Source: a bacterium
GTDB taxonomy: Bacteria; Patescibacteriota; Microgenomatia; UBA1400; UBA12108
Assembly (NCBI GenBank): GCA_043809365.1
Contig: JAZDDW010000027.1
Coordinates: 1-40,617 of the forward strand
Direction: 5' to 3'
Length of the DNA stretch: 40,617 nucleotides
Shown in pieces: positions 12,179-19,529 of this stretch. The position numbers and the translations under genes are program-made. The notes beneath the pieces were generated by a model. That model was not told the DNA's origin, ran no database searches, and was given only the letters and a program-made list of their open reading frames with translations. The first letter of the stretch is position 1. Every line of letters starts with the position of its first letter.

Positions 12179-12283
12179 CGCATTCGCACCTGCCAAGGGC
12201 AGACAGACCTGCCTGCCGGCAGGCAGGTTGTAGATAGGGCGGGGTCTGCCTACGGCAGATAAATTCGAAACCGCCATGGTCCA
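12179..12283 (+). pseudogene. 3' half of the outer tRNA-Ala(CGC), interrupted by hairpin insertions
   Basis: Removing 12189-12227 and 12243-12263 gives CGCA TTCGCAT TGTAG ATAG GGCGG TTCGAAA CCGCC ATGGTCC A. ATGGTCC pairs with GGGCTAT at 11758, including G3:U70. Confidence 0.78.
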
Positions 12284-12313
12284 CCCGACCCAGATCAGTA
12301 TATTTGGAGATGA

Positions 12314-12553
12314 ATGAATATGAGAGTCACCTATAAAGAAGACGAATACGAAATGACAATGTGTGAAAGGATGTTATTTAAAAGAGGGGGCCTTGGGAAA
12401 GAAGAGGGTTGGAGAGCTGTGTTGTGTTCGACGGAGAATGATGGACGTGAACCACTATATTTTCCCCCAGTGTGGGATCCGGCTATGGGAACTAGAGATG
12501 AATTACTACTATATTTAGGTGCAAGCGGAGTTGAAGTTGGAGACATCCAATGA
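12314..12553 (+). CDS. Hypothetical protein (79 aa)
   Basis: GGAG RBS; ATGA overlap with the downstream peptidase. Confidence 0.55.
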   Translation: MNMRVTYKEDEYEMTMCERMLFKRGGLGKEEGWRAVLCSTENDGREPLYFPPVWDPAMGTRDELLLYLGASGVEVGDIQ

Positions 12554-13812
12554 AGTTTGATGTCAGCTATACCAAGTTGAAGAATGGGGTGAGAGTGCTC
12601 ACGGTGCCCATGGTGGGAGTGGAGTCGGTGACGGCGATGATCCTGGTGAAAACGGGATCAAGGAATGAAACTCTGGAGCAAGCGGGGATCTCCCACGTTT
12701 TGGAGCATATGGTGTTTAAGGGGACAAAAAAATATCCCAGTCCCCTGCATATTGCGGAGGCGGTTGATTCGATTGGGGCAGAGCAGAATGCGTTTACGAG
12801 CAAAGAATATACGGGATACTACATTACCAGTGCGGCGAAACACTTGGGACTAACCTTGGATATTCAGGCTGAGATGTTGACCAAGCCTCTGTTGCCCCAG
12901 GCAGACTTGGAGCGCGAGCGGGAGGTGATTGTGGAAGAAATCAATATGTACGAGGACCAGCCCATGGCTATGGCGGGAGAGTTATTTGAAAACTTGATGT
13001 ATGACGGATCCTCGATGGGAAGACTGATTATTGGGACAAAGGAAACGGTGCGGGGAACGAATGCAACTGATTTGCGAAAGTACATGGGAGAGTGGTACAG
13101 GGGGGGGAATGTGTTGGTGGTGGTGGCAGGAAAAATCTCAAATCTTAAACCCGCCTGCCGGACGGGCAGGTTCTCAAATTCTCAAATTGAGGAGAAATTT
13201 GGGGAAATGAGTGAAGGGCATATTTCTGGATATACAACGAGGGCTAGGTATGGAAAGTCGGAGGCGAGACACCAGAAAAAGAAAACCGAGCAGGCTCATT
13301 TTGTGATGGGAGTACCCGCGCTTCCCATGACAGATCCGAGGCGCTACGCCTTGTCGATCGCACAGGTCGTGCTGGGGGGGACGATGAGTAGCCGACTCTT
13401 TAACGAAATCAGGGAAAAACGGGGACTAGCTTATTATGTGCGAGCTGATTTGGATACTGCATATGACTGCGGATATTTGGCGGTGAGGTCGGGAGTCAAA
13501 CTGACAAAGCTGGGGGAGGCGATGGAAGTAGTCAAAGCCGAGATGCTGAGGTTGGGGGAAACCATCACCGTGGCGGAACTTAAGCGAGGACAGGACTACC
13601 TCCTAGGGAAGATGCCATTAACACTTGAGGATTCGATGGGGGTGGCCCAGTTTTTTGGGACTCGAACCTTGATACTTGACGAGGTTCGTCAGCCAGATGA
13701 GGTGGAGCGAGCCATCAAAGCGGTGAAAATAGGGGACGTAAGGGAAGTGCTGGAGGAATTGGTGAAGGAAGAATTAATCAGATCGGTCGTGGTAGGACCA
13801 AAAGCAAGCTAA
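12550..13812 (+). CDS. M16 family (insulinase/pitrilysin) zinc peptidase
   Basis: HVLEHMVFKGT (HxxEH), NAFTS and SRLFNEIREKRGLAY. Confidence 0.93.
   Translation: MKFDVSYTKLKNGVRVLTVPMVGVESVTAMILVKTGSRNETLEQAGISHVLEHMVFKGTKKYPSPLHIAEAVDSIGAEQNAFTSKEYTGYYITSAAKHLGLTLDIQAEMLTKPLLPQADLEREREVIVEEINMYEDQPMAMAGELFENLMYDGSSMGRLIIGTKETVRGTNATDLRKYMGEWYRGGNVLVVVAGKISNLKPACRTGRFSNSQIEEKFGEMSEGHISGYTTRARYGKSEARHQKKKTEQAHFVMGVPALPMTDPRRYALSIAQVVLGGTMSSRLFNEIREKRGLAYYVRADLDTAYDCGYLAVRSGVKLTKLGEAMEVVKAEMLRLGETITVAELKRGQDYLLGKMPLTLEDSMGVAQFFGTRTLILDEVRQPDEVERAIKAVKIGDVREVLEELVKEELIRSVVVGPKAS
13133..13188 (+). repeat. AAAT(T)CTC tandem repeat with a nested 21-nt CCTGCC-family element (13150-13170), inside the peptidase
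   Basis: Identical 21-mer and junction to the argS copy, read in a different frame (PACRTGR). Confidence 0.9.
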
Positions 13813-13820
13813 CTCGTGTG

Positions 13821-13891
13821 TCGGGGTGCTGGGAATTGAACCCAGTCCTCGCGATCCCGAACCGCGCGGTCTACCGGTGACCTACACCCCG
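13821..13891 (-). tRNA. tRNA-Pro(CGG)
   Basis: Acceptor CGGGGTG/CACCCCG, anticodon loop TTCGGGA, T arm CTGGG-TTCAATT-CCCAG. Confidence 0.93.
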
Positions 13892-13950
13892 ATGGGGATA
13901 ATTATACCTTAATATTCTGTGATAGAATTATAAAAGAAGGAGAAAACAAT

Positions 13951-14421
13951 ATGACCATGCAAAGGACTGCCGTACTTGTAAAACCAGACGGATTACAGCG
14001 GGGGCTGATCGGGGAGATCATGCACAGGTTTGAACGGAAAGGGATGAAGCTCGTGGGGCTCAAGATGATGAGATTGTCAGATTCGCTCTTGGATACCTGG
14101 TACGCGCATCATAAAGAAAAATCATTTTTTACTGATCTGAAAGCGTTTATGACTTGGACCCCGATTGTGGCGATGGTGTGGGAAGGGCAGGAAGCAATCA
14201 GCGCGGTGCGCAAGATTGTGGGAGTAACTAAGGGGTACGAGGCGGAGGCGGGGAGCATTCGCGGAGACTTTGCCATGTCGGGGAGCCAAAACTTGATTCA
14301 CGCGTCGGATTCGCCGGAGACAGCGGAGAAAGAGATTGGCTTGATTTTTGCCCCAGAGGAAATTTTCCAGTACGAGACAGCGGAGGCATGCCTCATTTAT
14401 TCGGAGTTGGAGCGAAAATAG
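13951..14421 (+). CDS. ndk: Nucleoside diphosphate kinase
   Basis: KPDGLQRGLIGEI, GSIRGDF and NLIHASDS. Confidence 0.97.
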   Translation: MTMQRTAVLVKPDGLQRGLIGEIMHRFERKGMKLVGLKMMRLSDSLLDTWYAHHKEKSFFTDLKAFMTWTPIVAMVWEGQEAISAVRKIVGVTKGYEAEAGSIRGDFAMSGSQNLIHASDSPETAEKEIGLIFAPEEIFQYETAEACLIYSELERK

Positions 14422-14442
14422 AGCGAGCGAAGCGAGTCGAAG

Positions 14443-14506
14443 TGCCCCCACCAAGAATTGTCAGCCCAAGGCTGATCCGCCTAGGGCGGAAACTTGGACC
14501 TGAGAG
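14443..14506 (-). pseudogene. 3' half of an outer tRNA-Arg with a 30-nt double-hairpin insertion in the T loop
   Basis: Removing 14461-14490 (tcagcc-caa-ggctga plus tccgcc-tag-ggcgga) gives CTCTC AGGT CCAAG TTCAATT CTTGG TGGGGGC A. Confidence 0.75.
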
Positions 14507-14578
14507 TGTCCCCGGAAAGAATTGAACTTTCATCACAGGTTTAGGAAACCTGGGCTCTATCCGTTGAGCTACGAGGAC
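14507..14578 (-). tRNA. tRNA-Arg(CCT), intact inner copy
   Basis: Acceptor GTCCTCG/CGGGGAC, anticodon arm CAGGT-TTCCTAA-ACCTG, T arm GAAAG-TTCAATT-CTTTC. Confidence 0.93.
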
Positions 14579-14593
14579 TTTATTGTATTATAA

Positions 14594-14651
14594 CTCGGAA
14601 ACCTGCCTGCCGGCAGGCAGGCCTCTGTTCTATCCGTTAAACTATGGGAGC
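14594..14651 (-). pseudogene. 5' half of an outer tRNA-Arg(CCG), interrupted by the 20-nt palindrome (14602-14621)
   Basis: GCTCCCA TA GTTT AACGGATA GAAC A GAGG[20 nt]T TTCCGAG. GCTCCCA pairs with TGGGGGC at 14444-14450. Confidence 0.78.
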
Positions 14652-14675
14652 GTTAGGGCTATTTTAACTTATTTT

Positions 14676-14703
14676 AGTTTGATCGTGTAGAGATTGGGGA
14701 TGG
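14676..14703. repeat. 28-bp direct repeat, copy 1 (orphan PEGA-gene 3' end)
   Basis: AGTTTGATCGTGTAGAGATTGGGGATGG, identical to 15885-15912. Confidence 0.92.
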
Positions 14704-14723
14704 GTGATTTTGTGGAAGTATGT

Positions 14724-14762
14724 TCCATAAAATTTGACAAATTTATGGATTTGAGATAAGGT
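14724..14762 (+). promoter_or_regulatory. Promoter TTGACA-17-TAAGGT with an inverted repeat over the -35 box
   Basis: TCCATAAAATTT-GAC-AAATTTATGGA; the ATG is 6 nt after the -10 box. Confidence 0.6.
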
Positions 14763-14768
14763 GGAGAC

Positions 14769-15899
14769 ATGCAAATACCCAGGATTTATGATGACATCGA
14801 GAAATTACTCGCGCCGGGGAAAGTGCTGGTGATATATGGCCCAAGGCAGGTGGGTAAAACGACCTTGGTCAAAAACTACCTGGAGAAAACCCAGTGGAAG
14901 TATCGACTAGATCAGGGTGACAACGTAGATTTACAGGAGACATTGGGATCGAGATCATTCTCCAAGGTATTACCAGTTGTAGAAGGATTGGAGTTGTATG
15001 TGATTGATGAGGCGCAAAAAATACCCCACGTTGGCGAGGTTTTGAAAATTTTGGTTGATCAACGGCCCGATTTGCGGATTATTGCAACGGGGTCTTCGTC
15101 TTTTGAGCTCGCGGACCAGGTGGGAGAACCACTGACAGGTCGTAAGCAGACGATTACCCTGTATCCTTTGGCACAAATGGAGCTGGTGCGAAAGTGGAAT
15201 CGGCATGAATTGGCGCAGAGGAAGACAGATTTTTTGGTATATGGAAGCTATCCGCGAGTTGTGATGGAAGAGAGGAAGAGCCAGAAGGAAGGGTTGCTGG
15301 CAGAGCTCGTGGGCTCGTATTTGTTTAAAGATGTTTTGTCGATGGAAAGAATCAAAGGAGCCAAGGTCCTGAAACAGATTTTACAATTACTGGCATATCA
15401 AATTGGATCGACGGTTTCGTACAACGAGATTGCGAACAAGATCTTGATCGACGTCAAGACAGTCGCGAGGTACTTGGATCTACTCGAGAAAACATTTGTC
15501 ATCACCTCGCTCCCAGGGTTTGGGCGCAATTTGCGAGAGGAAGTCACGAGCCAGAAGAAATATTATTTTTGGGATAACGGAGTTCGTAATGGGATTATTC
15601 AGCAGTTTAATGATTTGGACGTGAGGAATGATGTGGGGCAACTTTGGGAAAACTTTATTATGATCGAGCGAATTAAAAAACGAAGTTATAGTGCAATTCA
15701 AGCGAATATCTATTTTTGGCGGACACATACGCAAAAAGAAATTGATTTGGTGGAGGAGAGGGGAGGGAAATTGTTTGGATATGAAATTAAGTGGGGTGAG
15801 GATCAGGCGAAGCACAAGTCAGCCTGGCTCGCACAATATCCAGGCGAAGCTGAACTCTTGGTGATTAATCAGAAGAATTACTTGAGTTTGATCGTGTAG
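14769..15899 (+). CDS. AAA_14 family ATPase with DUF4143/PD-(D/E)xK-like C-terminus
   Basis: GPRQVGKT, IDEAQ, ATGSS, LTGR, WENF and EIDLV...YEIKW. Confidence 0.9.
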   Translation: MQIPRIYDDIEKLLAPGKVLVIYGPRQVGKTTLVKNYLEKTQWKYRLDQGDNVDLQETLGSRSFSKVLPVVEGLELYVIDEAQKIPHVGEVLKILVDQRPDLRIIATGSSSFELADQVGEPLTGRKQTITLYPLAQMELVRKWNRHELAQRKTDFLVYGSYPRVVMEERKSQKEGLLAELVGSYLFKDVLSMERIKGAKVLKQILQLLAYQIGSTVSYNEIANKILIDVKTVARYLDLLEKTFVITSLPGFGRNLREEVTSQKKYYFWDNGVRNGIIQQFNDLDVRNDVGQLWENFIMIERIKKRSYSAIQANIYFWRTHTQKEIDLVEERGGKLFGYEIKWGEDQAKHKSAWLAQYPGEAELLVINQKNYLSLIV

Positions 15900-15912
15900 A
15901 GATTGGGGATGG
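15885..15912. repeat. 28-bp direct repeat, copy 2
   Basis: Identical to 14676-14703; it contains the ATPase gene's stop codon. Confidence 0.92.
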
Positions 15913-15935
15913 TGCCTTCGGAAAACTGAATGCGG

Positions 15936-15955
15936 CCTGCCTGCCGGCAGGCAGG
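15936..15955. repeat. 20-bp palindrome CCTGCCTGCCGGCAGGCAGG
   Basis: Perfect palindrome, identical at 11809, 12208 and 14602. Confidence 0.95.
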
Positions 15956-15961
15956 GTGATG

Positions 15962-17368
15962 TCATTTTAGTTTTATTGTGTATAAATTTGGCAGAGCTCC
16001 ATCAGAAAAAGCAATCTTAGTGATTATTTTACTTCCGTCTGGCCAGGGATAGATAATCGAGGGGTCCATGGGACCACCGTAGATGGTGACGCGATTAGTC
16101 CCGTCGTACTCCATGATTTCTATACCTGTACTAGTGCCAAGAAGGAGATGGGAAGAGTCGGGATACCACTGGATTCCACCTACGAAGATGGGGGAGTACT
16201 GGGCGTTAAAGAGTGCAATCGACTCTACCGGAGTAACATTTTTTTGGAGGGTACGAAAAGCCGAGGGAGAGGAGATGAGCTCGGCGGGGAGGGGAACTTG
16301 GAAATTGGAGAGCAACATGAGCTTGATCGGCCCCCTCAGACCGCTTCGCGTCTCGGGGCATTTCTCAGGCGCTTTCGCGCTTGATGTGCAGGGTTTGGGG
16401 AGTGATCCCTCAGAGATTAAAAAGTTTTTGTCTTCTTTGAGATCGTAGACATACCAAAATCCAGGTTCGGTACTACGAGATTGGATTTGGGTAGAGGAAG
16501 AGGGGAGAGCGGGGACTAATCCGTCAGGGAGCGTAAAGGCGGAGGTAGCTTGATATAAGAGTCGGTCAGCATCGGGAGAAAAATAAAGATTGGTGGCCGA
16601 GGTCGTGGCAACACCTGCCATAAAGTCGGGGAGTTTGAGGAGTTGGACTCGCTCTTCCCGCGCCAGTTCTAGCTCCCATTCGGAGAGAATTTGGGGAAGG
16701 CGGACGGTCACGTCTTTGAGGACGGTTAAATCATTAAAGCGGGTGGTATCGAGGAGGATGTGGGCGCTACTTCCGCCTGAAGGCGAGACAGGACTAAAGG
16801 CAACCAGCAACTCGCTGCCGTTGGGGCTCCAGGTATAATGGCTAGTAGTATAGTCGAAATTGAGGTCGGAGCGGGCAATTTGGCGGGCGGTTTTGTTGAG
16901 GGAAATCGGAGAAGAGTTTAGGTCTTGAATATAAAGTCCGTTCTTGGTCATGGCGCTAGCGGAGGCGACGGTAAAGGCCAGCTTGGTTCCGTCTGGGGAA
17001 GGAACGGTGTTTTGTGAGCCAGTATAGGTTAAAGGGACTAGTTCGGGGGTGGCGGGGAAAAGTTGGGCGTTGGTTGCGGTGACTAGTTCGGCGGTAATCG
17101 TGAGGAGTTTGCTCCAGGAGTGATAACCATCTTTTTTGATTGTTACCTGGTACTCTCCTGGATCGAGGTTGAGGGTATTATCGGTGGCGGTTGTAAGTTT
17201 ATCGTTGATATAAACCTCCCCAGCGGTGGGGAAGGAGTTGGCGGAGAGGAGACCGGTGCCCTTGATCGTGCCGGTCGTGGTGGGACGATAACCCTGGGCG
17301 TAGCGGATCATCAAAATGGTACCCCCGATGACAAATGTTAAGGTGGCGACAAAGATAAGTAGACGCAT
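15962..17368 (-). CDS. PEGA-domain membrane-anchored protein with TolB-like beta-propeller repeats
   Basis: N-terminal TM helix, PEGA motif LDPGEYQVTIKKDGYHSW and WSPNG/SPDG/WYPD repeats. Start chosen at the ATG 6 nt after TATAAT. Confidence 0.8.
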   Translation of the reverse strand: MRLLIFVATLTFVIGGTILMIRYAQGYRPTTTGTIKGTGLLSANSFPTAGEVYINDKLTTATDNTLNLDPGEYQVTIKKDGYHSWSKLLTITAELVTATNAQLFPATPELVPLTYTGSQNTVPSPDGTKLAFTVASASAMTKNGLYIQDLNSSPISLNKTARQIARSDLNFDYTTSHYTWSPNGSELLVAFSPVSPSGGSSAHILLDTTRFNDLTVLKDVTVRLPQILSEWELELAREERVQLLKLPDFMAGVATTSATNLYFSPDADRLLYQATSAFTLPDGLVPALPSSSTQIQSRSTEPGFWYVYDLKEDKNFLISEGSLPKPCTSSAKAPEKCPETRSGLRGPIKLMLLSNFQVPLPAELISSPSAFRTLQKNVTPVESIALFNAQYSPIFVGGIQWYPDSSHLLLGTSTGIEIMEYDGTNRVTIYGGPMDPSIIYPWPDGSKIITKIAFSDGALPNLYTIKLK

Positions 17369-17375
17369 AGGGATA

Positions 17376-18284
17376 TTATAGCGCAAGGGCGGCGGATGGG
17401 GTGGATTCAAGAATTAAGTAGTTAAAGGTTGAGTTTTGGGAAACGGGAAAATCCGTGTGGAGGGTGAATGACCCTTGAGCGGGAGCAATCCAGTATTTTT
17501 TCGCGGGAGCGTAGTCGGTCGTAAAGTTGGCGGTGACGAGGGTAGTGGGAGAAATCGCTGGATGGGAAACCGAGATTTGATTTTGACCTTTGTTGAGTGT
17601 GGCTGATCCAGAGATGAGGGAGGCATTGTCTAGTTGGAGAGTAGAGACTGGTTTTACCTGGGCTTCTTGGAGCATTTCTGTCGAGAGATGGTTTTGGAAT
17701 TTGGCTAGGAGGTCATCAACTCGAGGGTCCAGAGTGCTAGTTGCGACCCCTTGTACCTGAGGAGATATGGGGGTGGAGACTCGATTAAAAAGAAAGTGGT
17801 AAAGAGTGAGGAGGGTGAGGGTAAGGAGAAGATTGGCGAGAATAACTGTGGGGACTGTCTTTTCTCGAGTATCCTGTAGGGTCTGACCTTCCCCGCCTTG
17901 GTATCTGCGGGGTTGGGCACTTCCTTCAAGGTCAGACCCTTTTTTCAGCTCGTCCAGTTTTTCAAGTAGTCGGGCTTTGGGATAGTAAGTATTGCCCGAA
18001 GTAATAAAGGGATGAATTTTTCCCTCGTTTTCCCAACGATCGATAGTGCTAGGGGAAACACCGCAGAGAGTGGCGGCTTGAGAAATGCTCAATAAGTCTT
18101 TTTGTTCCCTGATGACATTGTGTTTGAGGGCGTCGAGGATTTGGAGATCATCGAGGGAGTAGCGACGTTGATTGCCGAGGGTGCGACTCCCGGAGAAACG
18201 ACCAGCCTCTTCCCACCTTCTTAGAGTTTTGTCGGAGAGGTTGAGACGGGTTGCGACTTCATTGATAGTGTAGAGCTTGTCCAT
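17376..18284 (-). CDS. Tandem MerR/Xis-type HTH + TM helix + C-terminal beta domain
   Basis: YTINEVA...TLRRWE...RTLGNQRRYS, a second HTH (ISQAA...TIDRWE), and the hydrophobic segment VILANLLLTLTLLTLYHFLF. Confidence 0.75.
   Translation of the reverse strand: MDKLYTINEVATRLNLSDKTLRRWEEAGRFSGSRTLGNQRRYSLDDLQILDALKHNVIREQKDLLSISQAATLCGVSPSTIDRWENEGKIHPFITSGNTYYPKARLLEKLDELKKGSDLEGSAQPRRYQGGEGQTLQDTREKTVPTVILANLLLTLTLLTLYHFLFNRVSTPISPQVQGVATSTLDPRVDDLLAKFQNHLSTEMLQEAQVKPVSTLQLDNASLISGSATLNKGQNQISVSHPAISPTTLVTANFTTDYAPAKKYWIAPAQGSFTLHTDFPVSQNSTFNYLILESTPSAALAL
17878..17940. repeat. REP doublet AGGGTCTGACCTT...AAGGTCAGACCCT, in-frame in the MerR-like gene
   Basis: 13-bp inverted repeat with an internal CCCCGC/GCGGGG hairpin; same arms at 32799-32876. 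Confidence 0.8.
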
Positions 18285-18452
18285 AACTTGGTCATCCAGA
18301 TATATGTCTAGGTTTGGAGGGTATGTTTTTAGTGTAGATTGTTGCCAGATGATTGTCAAATCGAATAATTAACGCAAATATTAGGTCAGGCGTGCGGGAA
18401 TAGATACTTTAGTGCGGGAAATGATTGGGGGCGTGAAAAGGTATATTCCAAT

Positions 18453-18479
18453 GAGGACAGTCCCTTCGGGACTGTCCTC
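18453..18479. repeat. REP-like hairpin GAGGACAGTCCC-TTC-GGGACTGTCCTC upstream of mreB
   Basis: Perfect 12-bp stem; each arm is itself quasi-palindromic. Confidence 0.65.
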
Positions 18480-18505
18480 TTATAAGACGTGATAAAATGT
18501 AAATT

Positions 18506-19507
18506 ATGAAGTTTAATAAACGATTGGGGGTTGATCTGGGGACAGCCAACTCTCTCGTGTGGGTAGTGGGACAGGGACTGGTACTAAATGAACCTACGGT
18601 GGTGGCGGTATCGGTCGAAGACATGAAGGTAGTGGCGGTAGGGAACGAAGCCAAGATAATGTTGGGGCGTACCCCCGGGAATATTATCGCAAGCCGCCCC
18701 ATGAAGGATGGAGTGATCGCGGACTATGCCATGACTGAAGCAATACTTAAATACTTTATTCAGCGGGCCGTAGGGAAGACTGTAGTGTTTCGACCAGAGG
18801 TGATGATTTGTGTGCCGGCAGGGTGTACTCAAGTCGAGAGACGAGCAGCACTGGATGCTACTTATGCCGCTGGAGCTAAACAGGTATATCTGATTGATGA
18901 ACCATTAGCGGCGGCGATCGGAGCTGGCGTACCCATTGCAGAGGCGTCGGGGAATATGATCTTGGATATCGGTGGAGGTTCCGCAGAGACAGCAGTGATA
19001 GCGCTTGGGGGAGTAGTAGTACACAAAAGTGTGCGAGTAGGAGGAACAAAACTAGATGAGGCGATTGTGGATTATGCCAGGCGTAATCACGCACTAATCA
19101 TTGGTGATCAGACCGCAGAATCGGTCAAGATCAAGCTTGGTTCAGCGACAAAACTGCAGCGAGAGGAGAGTATGCCCGTCAAAGGTCGGGATACGGTCAC
19201 TGGATTACCGCGAACGATTACCCTAACTTCAGGCGATGTTAATCAAGCGTTAACTAAACCACTTTCCCAGATCATTGGAGTGATTAAAGCAGTTTTGGAA
19301 GAGACTCCACCCGAATTATCTTCGGATATTATTGACCGGGGGATCGTCATGAGTGGGGGGACCTCTCTATTGCGCAATCTTGACGCTCTAATTACTCGAG
19401 AAGTGGGGGTACCGGCATATATTGCGGAAGACCCGTTGCTTTGTGTGGTCAAGGGGACGGGAAGGGCAATAGAGAATATTGATACTTACCGAAGAGCACT
19501 TAGGTGA
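18506..19507 (+). CDS. mreB: Rod shape-determining protein MreB
   Basis: DLGTAN, RPMKDGVIAD, EPLAAAIGAG and DIGGG. Confidence 0.96.
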   Translation: MKFNKRLGVDLGTANSLVWVVGQGLVLNEPTVVAVSVEDMKVVAVGNEAKIMLGRTPGNIIASRPMKDGVIADYAMTEAILKYFIQRAVGKTVVFRPEVMICVPAGCTQVERRAALDATYAAGAKQVYLIDEPLAAAIGAGVPIAEASGNMILDIGGGSAETAVIALGGVVVHKSVRVGGTKLDEAIVDYARRNHALIIGDQTAESVKIKLGSATKLQREESMPVKGRDTVTGLPRTITLTSGDVNQALTKPLSQIIGVIKAVLEETPPELSSDIIDRGIVMSGGTSLLRNLDALITREVGVPAYIAEDPLLCVVKGTGRAIENIDTYRRALR

Positions 19508-19529
19508 GATAGTCTGGTATGATTGTGAT

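Noticed and set aside
11836-12180. Group I intron with a homing endonuclease in the tRNA anticodon loop
   Set aside because: The insert is almost fully occupied by the ORF and an intact tRNA, leaving no room for a ribozyme core; no P7-like motifs were seen.
11768-12263. Clustered palindromic repeats as a CRISPR array
   Set aside because: The repeats are 20 nt, irregularly spaced and embedded in tRNA halves; there are no cas genes.
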